From Candidatus Methanosuratincola verstraetei (GTDB taxonomy: Archaea > Thermoproteota > Methanomethylicia > Methanomethylicales > Methanomethylicaceae), in the NCBI GenBank assembly GCA_049570475.1, contig CP186953.1:1248001-1312000 (forward strand): a DNA stretch of 64,000 bases, in the 5' to 3' direction. The position numbers and the translations under genes are program-made. The notes beneath the pieces are model-generated. The model was given only the letters and a program-made list of their open reading frames with translations, made no database searches and was not told the origin of the DNA. This document shows, piece after piece, positions 38,019 through 47,665 of this stretch (positions are counted from its first letter, which is position 1; every line of letters begins with the position of its first letter).

Positions 38019-38585
38019 TTATCTGCCTTTCGACGCAAGGATCGCCTCCAATTGAACCCTAAGTTCGTCTTCCCGTATCTCCTCGATCATGCCTTGCGCC
38101 TCTTCCGTGCAGGATTCGATTATATCGATGACAGGGAATCCTCTCCCAAGGTATATCTCAGCCTGCCGGAGCGTGGCCAGAAGATCTGCGATTTTGACTA
38201 GCTTCGACTCTGTCGTCTCCCTCTGCAGGTATTCTATGAAGAGATCGGCTAGTCTGCTGCCGTCAGTCCCGCCAAAGATCCCCCTGATTATTTCGGTCTC
38301 AACCCCCTCCTTCAGATCCTTCCCAAGCCTCTCTGTGAGTGATCTGGGGATGTCCCCTGCAACGGCCTCCCCCATGTCGTGTATGATCCCCATGAGGATC
38401 ATCCTCTCTCGATCCAAGTGCAATGCGCTGCGACTGGCTGAGATGTATCCCAAGATTGCCGTAACCATGAACGTGTGCTCCGCAACTGTTTCGGCCTCGC
38501 CCCTCGGCACGCCCCTCTGGATCCAGCCCGTCCTAGGCATGTTCTTCAGCACTGAGGCTACCCTGACAAGATTCTCGAATCCCAA
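38019..38585 (-). CDS. HD-domain hydrolase (YfbR/5'-deoxynucleotidase-like)
   Basis: LKNMPRTGW, ETVAEH, HDMGEA..GDI, ADLL. Confidence 0.85.
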   Translation of the reverse strand: MGFENLVRVASVLKNMPRTGWIQRGVPRGEAETVAEHTFMVTAILGYISASRSALHLDRERMILMGIIHDMGEAVAGDIPRSLTERLGKDLKEGVETEIIRGIFGGTDGSRLADLFIEYLQRETTESKLVKIADLLATLRQAEIYLGRGFPVIDIIESCTEEAQGMIEEIREDELRVQLEAILASKGR

Positions 38586-38649
38586 TCAAACCACGACGAA
38601 TACTTGACGTCAATTCTATATAACTAATCCGCCAATCATCCCTCTGTAG

Positions 38650-38841
38650 GTGCCAAATTTGGCAAAAGTACCGCGGGTTGACAGGGGTCTGTGCATCGGA
38701 TGCGGCAACTGCACTCTCGTTTGCCCTGAGGTCTTTGAACTCGACCAAGAAGGCAAGTCCCGAGTCATAAACGAGGCAGGTAAATGCGATCTTGATTATG
38801 CCGTTTCTTCATGCCCCGTGGGCGCAATCTCACTGGTCTGA
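38650..38841 (+). CDS. mono-cluster [4Fe-4S] ferredoxin
   Basis: CIGCGNCTLVCPEVF...CPVGAI. Confidence 0.88.
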   Translation: MPNLAKVPRVDRGLCIGCGNCTLVCPEVFELDQEGKSRVINEAGKCDLDYAVSSCPVGAISLV

Positions 38842-40107
38842 GCTCTTACCCCTCAATGCCTCCAATATTTCCTTGGCCCTCGAAACCCTTATATTCCCTT
38901 CAGCTACCATCGCGCTGGCGACTTTTTCGACCTCTTGCCCTGTCGCTCCGGCCATGATTGCGACGTTCCTTGAATGGAGCCGCATGTGCCCCTTCTGGAT
39001 GCCCTCGCTCACTAGTGCCCTCAAGGCTGCGAAATTTTGGGCGAGCCCTACCGCGCATACGACTTCTGCGAGCTCATTCGCGCTCTTGGCGCCTATTATC
39101 TTTAGCACTGTCTGGGCTACAGGATGGACCTTTGTAGCCCCGCCAACAATGCCCAGTGCCAGCGGAAGCTCAAGCTCTCCCACGAGGTTGCCTTCCTTAT
39201 CCTTCCACCACTTGGATAGCGGGAGATACTTGCCGGAGATCGCAGCATAGGCATGAGCCCCTGCCTCTACTGCCCTCGAGTCATTCCCGGTGGCTATTGT
39301 GACTGCTGTTATTCCATTCATTATGCCCTTGTTGTGCGTTGCAGCTCGGTACGGATCGGCGCAAGCAAAGTCATATGCGGCGATTATTCCTTCAATGATC
39401 TCATCCCCTAAAGCCCCGCGCCTGAAGACCACGCTGGATCGGGACATCCTCTCGGTAGTTAGGTTAGACAGAATCCTGAGGAGACTCCTCCCTCCTGTGA
39501 GTTCCTCCAGCCTCGGAGCGATCCCCTCCAATATGGTGTTGACCACATTCGCCCCCATAGCGTCCCTGCAGTCAACGTAAAATTCGGCGACGAGCATCCT
39601 CCTCGGCTCTTCAAAAGCCTTGACCTTGAGATCAACCACGCCGCCGCCCATCTTGGGCAACGATCCTGCAAACCTGTTTGCTTCCTCCATAAGCCCACAC
39701 TTGGCTTCCAGGATTCTCTGGGCAGGCGTGGCTAGATCGCCGAGCCCTATGATCTGGACCTGCCCACGCACCACTGGTCTAGTGCTGGCTGCCTTGAACC
39801 CCTCCGGGAGGGCAAGCTTGGCTGCGTGGCTCGCAGCCGCAATTACAGAAGCCTCTTCTGTTGCCATTGGCACGAGGTAGTCCCTGCCATTCACCCTGAA
39901 GTTCGTGGCTATCCCGAGCGGGAGCTGGAATGTCCCTACTACGTTCTCTACCATGATGTTGGCGAGCTCGACCGGCAGCCCTTCCTTGAGCCTTTGGATA
40001 TCCTCCTCTTCCAGGCCTGCAACTTCCCTAAGCGTCTCTATCCTCTCATCCACGCTCTTCTTGTAGAAGCCGCTCAAACTACTGCTTCCTTTCAAGGAAA
40101 CTGCCAC
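38830..40107 (-). CDS. mvaA: HMG-CoA reductase, class II
   Basis: SGFYK, ENVVG, DAMGAN, RAATHNKGIMNGI, GIQKGHMRLH. Confidence 0.92.
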   Translation of the reverse strand: MAVSLKGSSSLSGFYKKSVDERIETLREVAGLEEEDIQRLKEGLPVELANIMVENVVGTFQLPLGIATNFRVNGRDYLVPMATEEASVIAAASHAAKLALPEGFKAASTRPVVRGQVQIIGLGDLATPAQRILEAKCGLMEEANRFAGSLPKMGGGVVDLKVKAFEEPRRMLVAEFYVDCRDAMGANVVNTILEGIAPRLEELTGGRSLLRILSNLTTERMSRSSVVFRRGALGDEIIEGIIAAYDFACADPYRAATHNKGIMNGITAVTIATGNDSRAVEAGAHAYAAISGKYLPLSKWWKDKEGNLVGELELPLALGIVGGATKVHPVAQTVLKIIGAKSANELAEVVCAVGLAQNFAALRALVSEGIQKGHMRLHSRNVAIMAGATGQEVEKVASAMVAEGNIRVSRAKEILEALRGKSSDQ

Positions 40108-40108
40108 C

Positions 40109-41362
40109 TTAACCTCGGAATTTGAGCAGTCTGCTATAAAGTTCTATGTGATCTTTAGCCCCTCGCTCAGCGGAGAAGTACCTTTCAAAGATCGCCTTGC
40201 TGTTCTTCCCCATTTCCTCAGCCAATTCGCTGTTCTTCAGTATATGGCGAATCGCATCCGAGAGTGACCTCGGATCGTCGGGTCTGACCAAGTAGCCATT
40301 CACTCCTGGCCAGATCTGAGACGGAATGCCGCCTACCGCAGTTCCGATCACGGGTTTCCCGAATGCCATTCCCTCGGTGATCGCTAGACCGAAGCCCTCG
40401 TGCACAGACGGCAATACGACGAGGTCGCATTCATTATAGGCAGCCATGAGAAGGTCTCTGTCGACCGCCCCTGCGAAGATAACCCTGCCTCCGTAAATTT
40501 CGTTTTTTGCCTTCTCTTTGAGTTCCTTGCCGTAGCTTTCTTTTCCCTTGACCTTGAGCACGTCCTTGCTGAAGGAGCCGTTGCCTATGAAAACAAGCTG
40601 GTAATCGATATCAAGCGCAGCAGCCGCGTCGAGGAGTGTTTTTTGCCCCTTGAATTTGTCCATCCTGGCTACGCAGATTATCAGTTTCTTGTCGTTACTA
40701 ATTCCGAATCTCTCCCTGAACTTTGCCTTTGGCTGCTCCACGTCAATGAACGGTGGGATGACGCCCACCCTGTTGAATGGAAGCCCAGACTTTATGGCTG
40801 CGCTTGCATACCCCTTTGTCGAAAATATGGATACTGAGGCGTTTTTCATGTATTCCAACATCGCCTCCCTCCAGGAGTTGTGCACCTCTTCCGTGAATGG
40901 GATATGCCAGGTGAAGGCGAGCGGCCAGCTATCCACGAGGCTAGGCAGGCAGGGGAGTAGTTGGAAATCGTGAACATGGACTACGTCTGGCTGCTCCAGG
41001 TCTGCGGCTTCTGAAATAGCCCTCTGGAAAGATTCGTTGACCTTCAAGTATTCGTTGTAACCATAGAGGTGCTTATTGTATAGCATGTCCACCGGAACAT
41101 CTCTGTTGTGGAAGACTTTCAGTACAAGCTCCTTGAATTTCGAGTAGCCACTTAGGGTGTCGTGGTCAAACTCCCCCTCAGCAGGAACCCTGAACACCTT
41201 GAACCCAGCTATCTCTTCCCTGCCCTTTCCCTTCGGTGGCTTCATGTTGACAAACACAACCTCATGTTTGGCATCTTTAAGTTTTCTCCCCAGCCACATG
41301 AGGTAATATGAGACCCCTCCTGTGCTTGGAAGGAATGACTGGCTAGCATAAAGGATCTTCAT
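40109..41362 (-). CDS. GT4 glycosyltransferase (TreT/trehalose synthase-like)
   Basis: GGV, HVHDFQ, TWHIPF, RMDKFKG, EGFGLAITEGMA.GKPVI, GGIPSQI. Confidence 0.8.
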   Translation of the reverse strand: MKILYASQSFLPSTGGVSYYLMWLGRKLKDAKHEVVFVNMKPPKGKGREEIAGFKVFRVPAEGEFDHDTLSGYSKFKELVLKVFHNRDVPVDMLYNKHLYGYNEYLKVNESFQRAISEAADLEQPDVVHVHDFQLLPCLPSLVDSWPLAFTWHIPFTEEVHNSWREAMLEYMKNASVSIFSTKGYASAAIKSGLPFNRVGVIPPFIDVEQPKAKFRERFGISNDKKLIICVARMDKFKGQKTLLDAAAALDIDYQLVFIGNGSFSKDVLKVKGKESYGKELKEKAKNEIYGGRVIFAGAVDRDLLMAAYNECDLVVLPSVHEGFGLAITEGMAFGKPVIGTAVGGIPSQIWPGVNGYLVRPDDPRSLSDAIRHILKNSELAEEMGKNSKAIFERYFSAERGAKDHIELYSRLLKFRG

Positions 41363-43006
41363 TTAGTCTCCCACCGCCCTTATGTATGACAGCTGGAAAT
41401 CATTGATAACCCGCATGGACCTGAGCGACTCGGCAGCCGAGATTATCCTGCTCCTGTTTTCGATCGAAATGAGGTTGAATCTCTCCCTGGCTTTGAAGAG
41501 AAGCACCGAAAGCGCATCCCAATTCCCCTGCAAGTGTTCGCAACCTCCCATCACCAAGCATGCCCCCCCGGACTTCACCACCTTCCCGCCTTCAGCAAAG
41601 TGTATCTGGGGCTCGATGATCCTGAGATCGCCCTCAATTGAGTAGACGTAGAATGGTATGAGCATCATCTCCAGTTCCCATTCTGCGTCAGCCTCGCCTT
41701 GTAGCATAAGCGAATCCAATGCGCGCAAGTCTTCTTTCGCCTTGGCAATCAAGAACTGCAGCCTGCAGAGCTCTTTGTTGTATTTCGTCCTTTCCTGCCT
41801 CTCTCTGGCCCTTATCTCAGCCAGCGCCCGCTCCTTCTCCTCAGTCAATCCCATCAGCTCTTTTACGAGGTTCTCGCGCCTCCCCGCAAAGCAGTTGCGA
41901 ACTTTGTTCACCTCTTCCTCCATTTTTGAAGGCAACAGGCTCTCCTTCTCGTTCAGGTTTGCTAGCTGCCTGTCAAGATCGTTCAGACTATCGGTCATCT
42001 TGGCGATCTCTCCAGAGATCTGGTTGAATCTTGAGACGCAGCTCTCGAGCTCTCTATTGAGATTGTCAATCTCCCTCCTGGTCTTCTCCGAATCGACTAG
42101 GTGCTGGCTGACAGCCTTGGGATCGTTCCCGTTTGGTTTCAGCCTCTGCATCTCCTCATGTATCTTTTCAAGCTTTAGGTTCAATGATGATATCTTGCTG
42201 GAAAGCGAATTCTTCAGCAAGATCAACTTCGCCTTCTCGCTTTCAAGCCCAGATATGCTCTTCAAAGTCTTATGCCTTGCCTGCTCGATCTCTGCCTTCT
42301 GTTTTTTGATTGATTCGAGCTTCTTGTCGAAGTTCGCCTTCAGCTCACTGATCATCTTCATCTCGCTGTATGTTTCAAGGCCCTCTATCTCAGCGCTCTT
42401 CAACGAAATTTTTTTGTCATAGTTCTCGAGAAGCGACTTTTCTTCCTCGACAAGTCCAAGCAGAGCTTTGTTGTATTCTTCGTTCATCACAGAGATTCTG
42501 TTCTCAAGCTTTTGGACCGTTTCCAAGTTCAAGTCATGGATGCTTTTCACTTCTCTAGCTATCCTCTTGGCATCTTCCTTAGTAATCACGGCGGGTAGCG
42601 CGAATCCGCCCCTTATCTCTTCGGTTTCTGAAGTCGTCTCCTCCCACTCTGCGAGCCATTTGCACAAATCGACTCCGAAAACAGGCCGGAAGACCGATTT
42701 CGTGCTCAGTGCCATATCGTCTCCAATACTGTCTTGGTTGATGCACCTCTCCTGAACCCCCATTCCATCGACCGCTATTATTTTGCCCTCCAGCCTGACC
42801 AGATAGACCGGGTGGTAAATCTTGAAAATGAAGTCTACCTTCTTCCTCTCCTCCCTGAATAGCTTTAGTGCACTCCTCCACCTCTTTCTCAGGGTGTCCG
42901 AGGCTTCAAGTATGGCTATTACATCGCACTGATCTTGAGAAAGCGCCCTGATCGTTCCATCTCTGGATCTTACATATGCAAAATTCATCGTTAGGATTGC
43001 CTTCAC
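41363..43006 (-). CDS. long coiled-coil protein
   Basis: About 270-residue heptad-rich E/K/L central region flanked by globular ends. Confidence 0.72.
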   Translation of the reverse strand: MKAILTMNFAYVRSRDGTIRALSQDQCDVIAILEASDTLRKRWRSALKLFREERKKVDFIFKIYHPVYLVRLEGKIIAVDGMGVQERCINQDSIGDDMALSTKSVFRPVFGVDLCKWLAEWEETTSETEEIRGGFALPAVITKEDAKRIAREVKSIHDLNLETVQKLENRISVMNEEYNKALLGLVEEEKSLLENYDKKISLKSAEIEGLETYSEMKMISELKANFDKKLESIKKQKAEIEQARHKTLKSISGLESEKAKLILLKNSLSSKISSLNLKLEKIHEEMQRLKPNGNDPKAVSQHLVDSEKTRREIDNLNRELESCVSRFNQISGEIAKMTDSLNDLDRQLANLNEKESLLPSKMEEEVNKVRNCFAGRRENLVKELMGLTEEKERALAEIRARERQERTKYNKELCRLQFLIAKAKEDLRALDSLMLQGEADAEWELEMMLIPFYVYSIEGDLRIIEPQIHFAEGGKVVKSGGACLVMGGCEHLQGNWDALSVLLFKARERFNLISIENRSRIISAAESLRSMRVINDFQLSYIRAVGD

Positions 43007-43060
43007 CCCGGATGGTATTTACCTCTTTGGCGCCATCTTTTTATTTCTTACTAGTGACAT

Positions 43061-43178
43061 CGGGGACTCCTGAGAAGTAGCCATTCCGGAAATGCCTGCT
43101 TTCCCATCCCTTTGACCAAGAGGCAGCCCTCACCGCCATGCGCAACGCAACCCCTCCTGTGCAAGGGTGGGGCCCGGA
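43061..43178 (+). ncRNA. candidate structured non-coding RNA (two hairpins with internal loops)
   Basis: GGGA/UCCC + GAAGUAG/CUGCUUU + CAUU/AAUG; GCCCUCACC/GGUGGGGC + UGCGCA/UGUGCA; GC-rich island with no credible ORF. Confidence 0.3.
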
Positions 43179-43295
43179 TTGAACGGCTCACGTAAAAACT
43201 CCACACGCTGAAACGAGATTTTTTTCGGTTTGATCGCTTCTCTTTACGCAACACTTTTAAACAAGGAGCATTCTCTATTGCCTGGGTATTTGGGT

Positions 43296-43442
43296 ATGGC
43301 AACCTACCTTTGCGAGAAATGTGGAAAAACCATTGACAGCAACGAGCTCATGGGTCTGCCAGGGATCAGGTGCCCAGTTTGCGGTTACAGGATCCTCTAC
43401 AAGTCCAGGTCTCCGATTATAAGGGAAATAAAGGCGCGCTGA
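43296..43442 (+). CDS. rpoP: DNA-directed RNA polymerase subunit Rpo12 (P)
   Basis: YLCEKCG...IRCPVCGYRILYK.R....IKAR. Confidence 0.93.
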   Translation: MATYLCEKCGKTIDSNELMGLPGIRCPVCGYRILYKSRSPIIREIKAR

Positions 43443-43443
43443 C

Positions 43444-44334
43444 TCATTTCCGCGCCTGTTCTATCATCGTGCAGATCTCGAAGATCATCTTAGATGCCAG
43501 TACGGCCGTCCTTCCGTTGTCATAGTGCGGAGCGACTTCTACCAGATCGAATCCCACGACCCTCTCATCTATGATCTCCCCTAGGATATCGAGGAGCAGG
43601 CTCGGGGCGATCCCTTCTGGCTCTGGGTTGCCGACTCCTGGTGCATAAGCTGGGTCAACCACATCCATGTCGATGCTAATGTAAATCTTTCCGGCATCCT
43701 TGAGCTGTTCCTTGAGCCACGAAGACGATGAGCCCACACCTTCCCTCAACAAGTCCCTTGAGGTCATGTACCTTATGCCATTCTCCTTGACCCATCTGAC
43801 CTCCTCCCCGAAGGTTGCCCTCACCCCGCAGAGGAGCACCCTCTCCTTTCCTTCCTCTTCCATGATGCGCCTCATTACGCAGGCATGGGACAGCTTGTTT
43901 GAGAGGTATTCATCCCTCAGGTCGAAGTGCGCGTCAAAGGAGACGAATGTGCAGTCCTTTATGGCCTTAGCCGAACCAAGCGTAATCAGGTGCTCCCCTC
44001 CTAGCATGATGGGGACTTTCCTCGTCGAGTTTATGTCTTCAACTGTGTCCGCGACTCTCCTGATTGTCTCAGCAGCATCGCCATAAACGACTGCAACATT
44101 TCCTAAGTCATGGACCTTCAAGTCTTCAAAATCCATGCCAGTCCTCCAAGACCAGGTTTCGATGTTAGCTGATGCTTCCCTTATTGCATCTGGACCGAAC
44201 CTTGAGCCTGGTCTATAGCTCGATGTACAGTCGAAGGGGACTCCAAAAAGCGCAAAATCGGAGTCTGCGTATTCCCTCTTGAATCCCCCGAAATAGATTG
44301 GCTGCGGGTCGAGGTAAAAGGGGGTATTTGGCAT
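43444..44334 (-). CDS. speB: agmatinase
   Basis: RPGSRFGP, GGEH, DAHFD, SIDMDVVDP.YAPGVGNPE, DLVEV. Confidence 0.9.
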   Translation of the reverse strand: MPNTPFYLDPQPIYFGGFKREYADSDFALFGVPFDCTSSYRPGSRFGPDAIREASANIETWSWRTGMDFEDLKVHDLGNVAVVYGDAAETIRRVADTVEDINSTRKVPIMLGGEHLITLGSAKAIKDCTFVSFDAHFDLRDEYLSNKLSHACVMRRIMEEEGKERVLLCGVRATFGEEVRWVKENGIRYMTSRDLLREGVGSSSSWLKEQLKDAGKIYISIDMDVVDPAYAPGVGNPEPEGIAPSLLLDILGEIIDERVVGFDLVEVAPHYDNGRTAVLASKMIFEICTMIEQARK

Positions 44335-44494
44335 TCTTCACCTACCTCTTATTTGTCTAAAGCAACTACTCTATGCCTTATTGGGGTCTTATATATATCC
44401 AACTGGGAACGTGGGAAAAACTCCCTTATGGGAACACGAATATTCATATATCCTTGTAGATAATCAATCTGGACTGACTCGCGAGGGCGTTCCA

Positions 44495-46201
44495 ATGGAC
44501 AAATACGATAAGATAGTCGAGCTTGGCAGAAGAAGGGGCTTCTTCTGGCCTTCTTCAGAGATATATGGAGGGGTCGCAGGTTTTCTTGACTTCGGCCCCA
44601 TGGGTGCGATGCTCAAGCGGAATATAGAGCGGCGCTGGAGAGAGGTGTTCATACACCGGCACCATGGGCTGGTGTATGAGATAGAGACCCCTGTGATAAT
44701 GCCCGCCAAAGTTTTCGAGGCGTCGGGGCATGTGGAGAATTTTACTGACGTAATCGTAGAGTGCATGCAGTGCCACAAGCGGTTCAGGGCGGACCACCTG
44801 ATAGTGGAGCAGGTCGGGGAAGTAAAAGGCATAGAGGGAATGACGCCTGAGGAGCTAGATGCGCTTATCCTTGAAAAAGGCGTCAAGTGCTCTGAATGCC
44901 AAGGTCAACTTAGCAAGATCTCAAGGTTCAACCTCCTGTTCAGGACAAATATTGGGCCTTATTCGGAGAATGTCGCCTACCTGAGGCCAGAGGCCGCCCA
45001 GGGCATGTTCGTCAATTTCAAGAGCATTTTCAACTCGATGAGGGAGCGCCTCCCCATGGGTCTGGCTCAGATAGGGAAGGTCGCACGAAACGAAATCTCT
45101 CCAAGGCAAGGCCCTATCAGGCTAAGGGAGTTCACGATTATGGAAGTCGAGTTCTTCTTCGATCCTAGATCCCCTGAATGCACTTTGATAGATGATGTAG
45201 GGGATGTGAAGCTTAGGCTCCTGACCGAGGAAATGGTCAAGTCCAAGGCGTCTGAACCAATACAGGTCTCGGTCTCCGAGGCACTGAGGGAGGGCTACAT
45301 CAAGACTGAATGGCTCGCCTATTTCATGGCCCTCTCAACGAAGTTCATCTCTGAGCTCGGGGCCCCTGTCGAGTCGCAGATGTTCATCGGGAAGCCGCCA
45401 GAGGAGAGGGCACACTACTCCGCTCAGACCTTTGACCAGCTGGTCAAGCTTGAGCGATGGGGCTGGGTAGAGGTCTCTGGTCACGCTTACCGTACCGACT
45501 ACGACCTCTCGCGCCATATGCAGTATAGCGGTCAGGACATGTCGGTCTTCAGGAAATTCGAAGCCCCCAGGAAAGTGAAGGTGCTTGCCGCCAAGCCCAG
45601 GGCAGATGCAATAAGCGCGGACCACGGTAAGAACACGGGCAAGGTGCTCTCTCTGATAAAGTGCACTGACGCTTCGGCGCTCCGGGCCAGGCTCTCCTCC
45701 GGCCCTGTCGAGATCGATGGCATAATCATCAAGCCGGAATATGTCGAGTTCTACGAGAAGGAGGAGACGCAAGCCGGCGAGCGCTTCATTCCGCACGTTG
45801 CAGAGCCTTCCTTCGGCGCTGACAGGCTCACTTACTTGGCACTCGAATGCGCATACTCTGAGCGCGAGGACAGGGTCGTGCTGAGGCTGCCACCGTCTAT
45901 TGCGCCAGTCTCTGTTTCGGTCTTCCCGCTTGTCAACCGTGACGGATTGAGGGAGAAGGCCTACATGATATACCGTGACCTGAAGGATGCTGGTCTCATA
46001 GCCGAATTTGACGACTCCGGTTCGATCGGGAGGCGCTACGCTAGGGCAGACGAGATTGGCTGCCCATTGGCAGTCACTGTTGATTACCAGAGCCTCCAAG
46101 ACGATTCCGTCACCATCCGTTTCCGTGATACTTGGGAGCAGCGGAGGGTTCCTGTCGGCGAGCTCAAGGGGTTAATCCAGGGCTTCCTGTCGATGCGTTA
46201 G
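44495..46201 (+). CDS. glyS: glycine--tRNA ligase (alpha2 type)
   Basis: RRGFFWPSSEIYGG, LRPEAAQG, RNEISPRQG, EPSFG.DR, SIGRRYAR.DEIG. Confidence 0.96.
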   Translation: MDKYDKIVELGRRRGFFWPSSEIYGGVAGFLDFGPMGAMLKRNIERRWREVFIHRHHGLVYEIETPVIMPAKVFEASGHVENFTDVIVECMQCHKRFRADHLIVEQVGEVKGIEGMTPEELDALILEKGVKCSECQGQLSKISRFNLLFRTNIGPYSENVAYLRPEAAQGMFVNFKSIFNSMRERLPMGLAQIGKVARNEISPRQGPIRLREFTIMEVEFFFDPRSPECTLIDDVGDVKLRLLTEEMVKSKASEPIQVSVSEALREGYIKTEWLAYFMALSTKFISELGAPVESQMFIGKPPEERAHYSAQTFDQLVKLERWGWVEVSGHAYRTDYDLSRHMQYSGQDMSVFRKFEAPRKVKVLAAKPRADAISADHGKNTGKVLSLIKCTDASALRARLSSGPVEIDGIIIKPEYVEFYEKEETQAGERFIPHVAEPSFGADRLTYLALECAYSEREDRVVLRLPPSIAPVSVSVFPLVNRDGLREKAYMIYRDLKDAGLIAEFDDSGSIGRRYARADEIGCPLAVTVDYQSLQDDSVTIRFRDTWEQRRVPVGELKGLIQGFLSMR

Positions 46202-46238
46202 CCTTAAAACAGTATTGAGCGATATCCTTCAAGTGGTG

Positions 46239-46508
46239 ATGGCGAGCATGTCAAAGCCTCCTGAAAAGCGCCTGCGTCTGAGGAGAAAGGAAGACACAGA
46301 CAAGGGAATAGGTAAGCTGAACCCGTCAACCATGAAATACCTCCAGATAAACGAGAAGTTCGAGGTTGTTGTTGCTGGGAAAAAGAAATTGGAGCTCAGG
46401 GCCTTCCCCTTGACTGACATACCAGAAAACGAAGTATGGGCAAACGCAGAAGAGATGCGTGTCCAGGGTTTGGCAGACAACTCGATAGCAACCATAAGGA
46501 AGATCTAG
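46239..46508 (+). CDS. small stand-alone double-psi beta-barrel (CDC48/VAT N-domain-like) protein
   Basis: Two ~42-aa repeats: D.DKGIGKLNPSTMKYLQI / DIPENEVWAN...M...GL...IATIRK. Confidence 0.55.
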   Translation: MASMSKPPEKRLRLRRKEDTDKGIGKLNPSTMKYLQINEKFEVVVAGKKKLELRAFPLTDIPENEVWANAEEMRVQGLADNSIATIRKI

Positions 46509-47428
46509 CCAGTCATTCGTCCCTTCATTTTTGCAAAAGCTGAAGCCCTTATCCCTGCCATGGCACCCTGCCCTGCAGCCAAGATCACTTGGTGGCTCTT
46601 GCCGGTACAGTCGCCAGCGGCAAAGACGCCTGCCATGTTTGTCTCCATTTCTTCGTTAGTTTTTATGAATCCCTTTTCGTCTACCTCGATCCCAGCCTTC
46701 TTCAGTATCTCGACCGTGGGGACTGATCCTATAGCTATGAACGCCCCGTCCACCGCCAGCTTTTCCTGGGATCCCCCTTTCTCAATCACGATCCCTTCCA
46801 GCCTCTCCCCGCCAAGCAATTCCACGACCCTTGCACCGGTGATTTGCTCAATCCCGATCTCCCTGATCTTTTCCAAATAGCTCTCATCGGCAGTGATCCC
46901 GTCTTCACCGACTACCCAAACTACCTTCCCTGCAAGTGACGAGAGGTATAGCAGGTCGCTTGCAGCCTCGTTACCGCCCCCGATTACAGCAACCTTCCTG
47001 TTCCTGAAGAAGAACCCGTCACAGGTGGCACAGTACGAAACTCCCCTGCCGAGCAGCCTCTCCTCCCCTGGTATCTGCAATTTCTTCTGTCTAAGCCCTG
47101 TGGCGATCACAAGCGCCTTGGAGGAATAGCGTTCGTTTGCGGTAATCACTTCCTTGGCATCCCCTGAGACCTTTATCTCTTTGGCGCCTTCTCCTGGCTT
47201 TATGATTGCGCCAAACTTCTCTGCCTGCTTTGCGAACCTTGATATCAGTTCTGTTCCAGAGATCCCTTCCGGGAACCCTGGATAATTGTCGATCACGTGG
47301 GCGTAAGTGGCCCTGCCACCTATTACCGCCTCCTCCAGAACGACCGTCCTAAGGCCCTGCCTTGAGGAATAGATCGCGGCAGCAAGCCCCGCAGGGCCTG
47401 CGCCTATGATTAGCACGTCCCACTCCAT
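46505..47428 (-). CDS. trxB: thioredoxin reductase
   Basis: IIGAGPAG, GVSYCATCDG, VIGGGN, FAAGD. Confidence 0.93.
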   Translation of the reverse strand: MEWDVLIIGAGPAGLAAAIYSSRQGLRTVVLEEAVIGGRATYAHVIDNYPGFPEGISGTELISRFAKQAEKFGAIIKPGEGAKEIKVSGDAKEVITANERYSSKALVIATGLRQKKLQIPGEERLLGRGVSYCATCDGFFFRNRKVAVIGGGNEAASDLLYLSSLAGKVVWVVGEDGITADESYLEKIREIGIEQITGARVVELLGGERLEGIVIEKGGSQEKLAVDGAFIAIGSVPTVEILKKAGIEVDEKGFIKTNEEMETNMAGVFAAGDCTGKSHQVILAAGQGAMAGIRASAFAKMKGRMTG

Positions 47429-47665
47429 TTTTCACACCTTTGCAGTGACTGAGTCCCGAACTATAGATTGTGCCTTTACCCTAAAATCTCTTCCCGATTC
47501 GACTTCCTGTTTCAAGAATTCCCCGCTCAGTTTCATTAGATAATGTCATTGGAAAATTATTTTTCCATGCCTTTTTGGCATTTTTATTTAATTAGATGCT
47601 TTTATAACTAAAACTTTATTAAAGACTTAACCTTCTTTTAGCGCGTCCTTCAGGGGAGGTTTGGT

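Noticed and set aside
41363-43006. SMC/Rad50 ATPase
   Set aside because: No Walker A/B or signature motifs at the termini
43051-43230. RNase P RNA, TPP/cobalamin riboswitch or tRNA remnant (minus strand GUUCAAUCCGGGCCCCACC)
   Set aside because: Universal RNase P and riboswitch motifs are absent and no cloverleaf can be built; kept only as a generic ncRNA candidate
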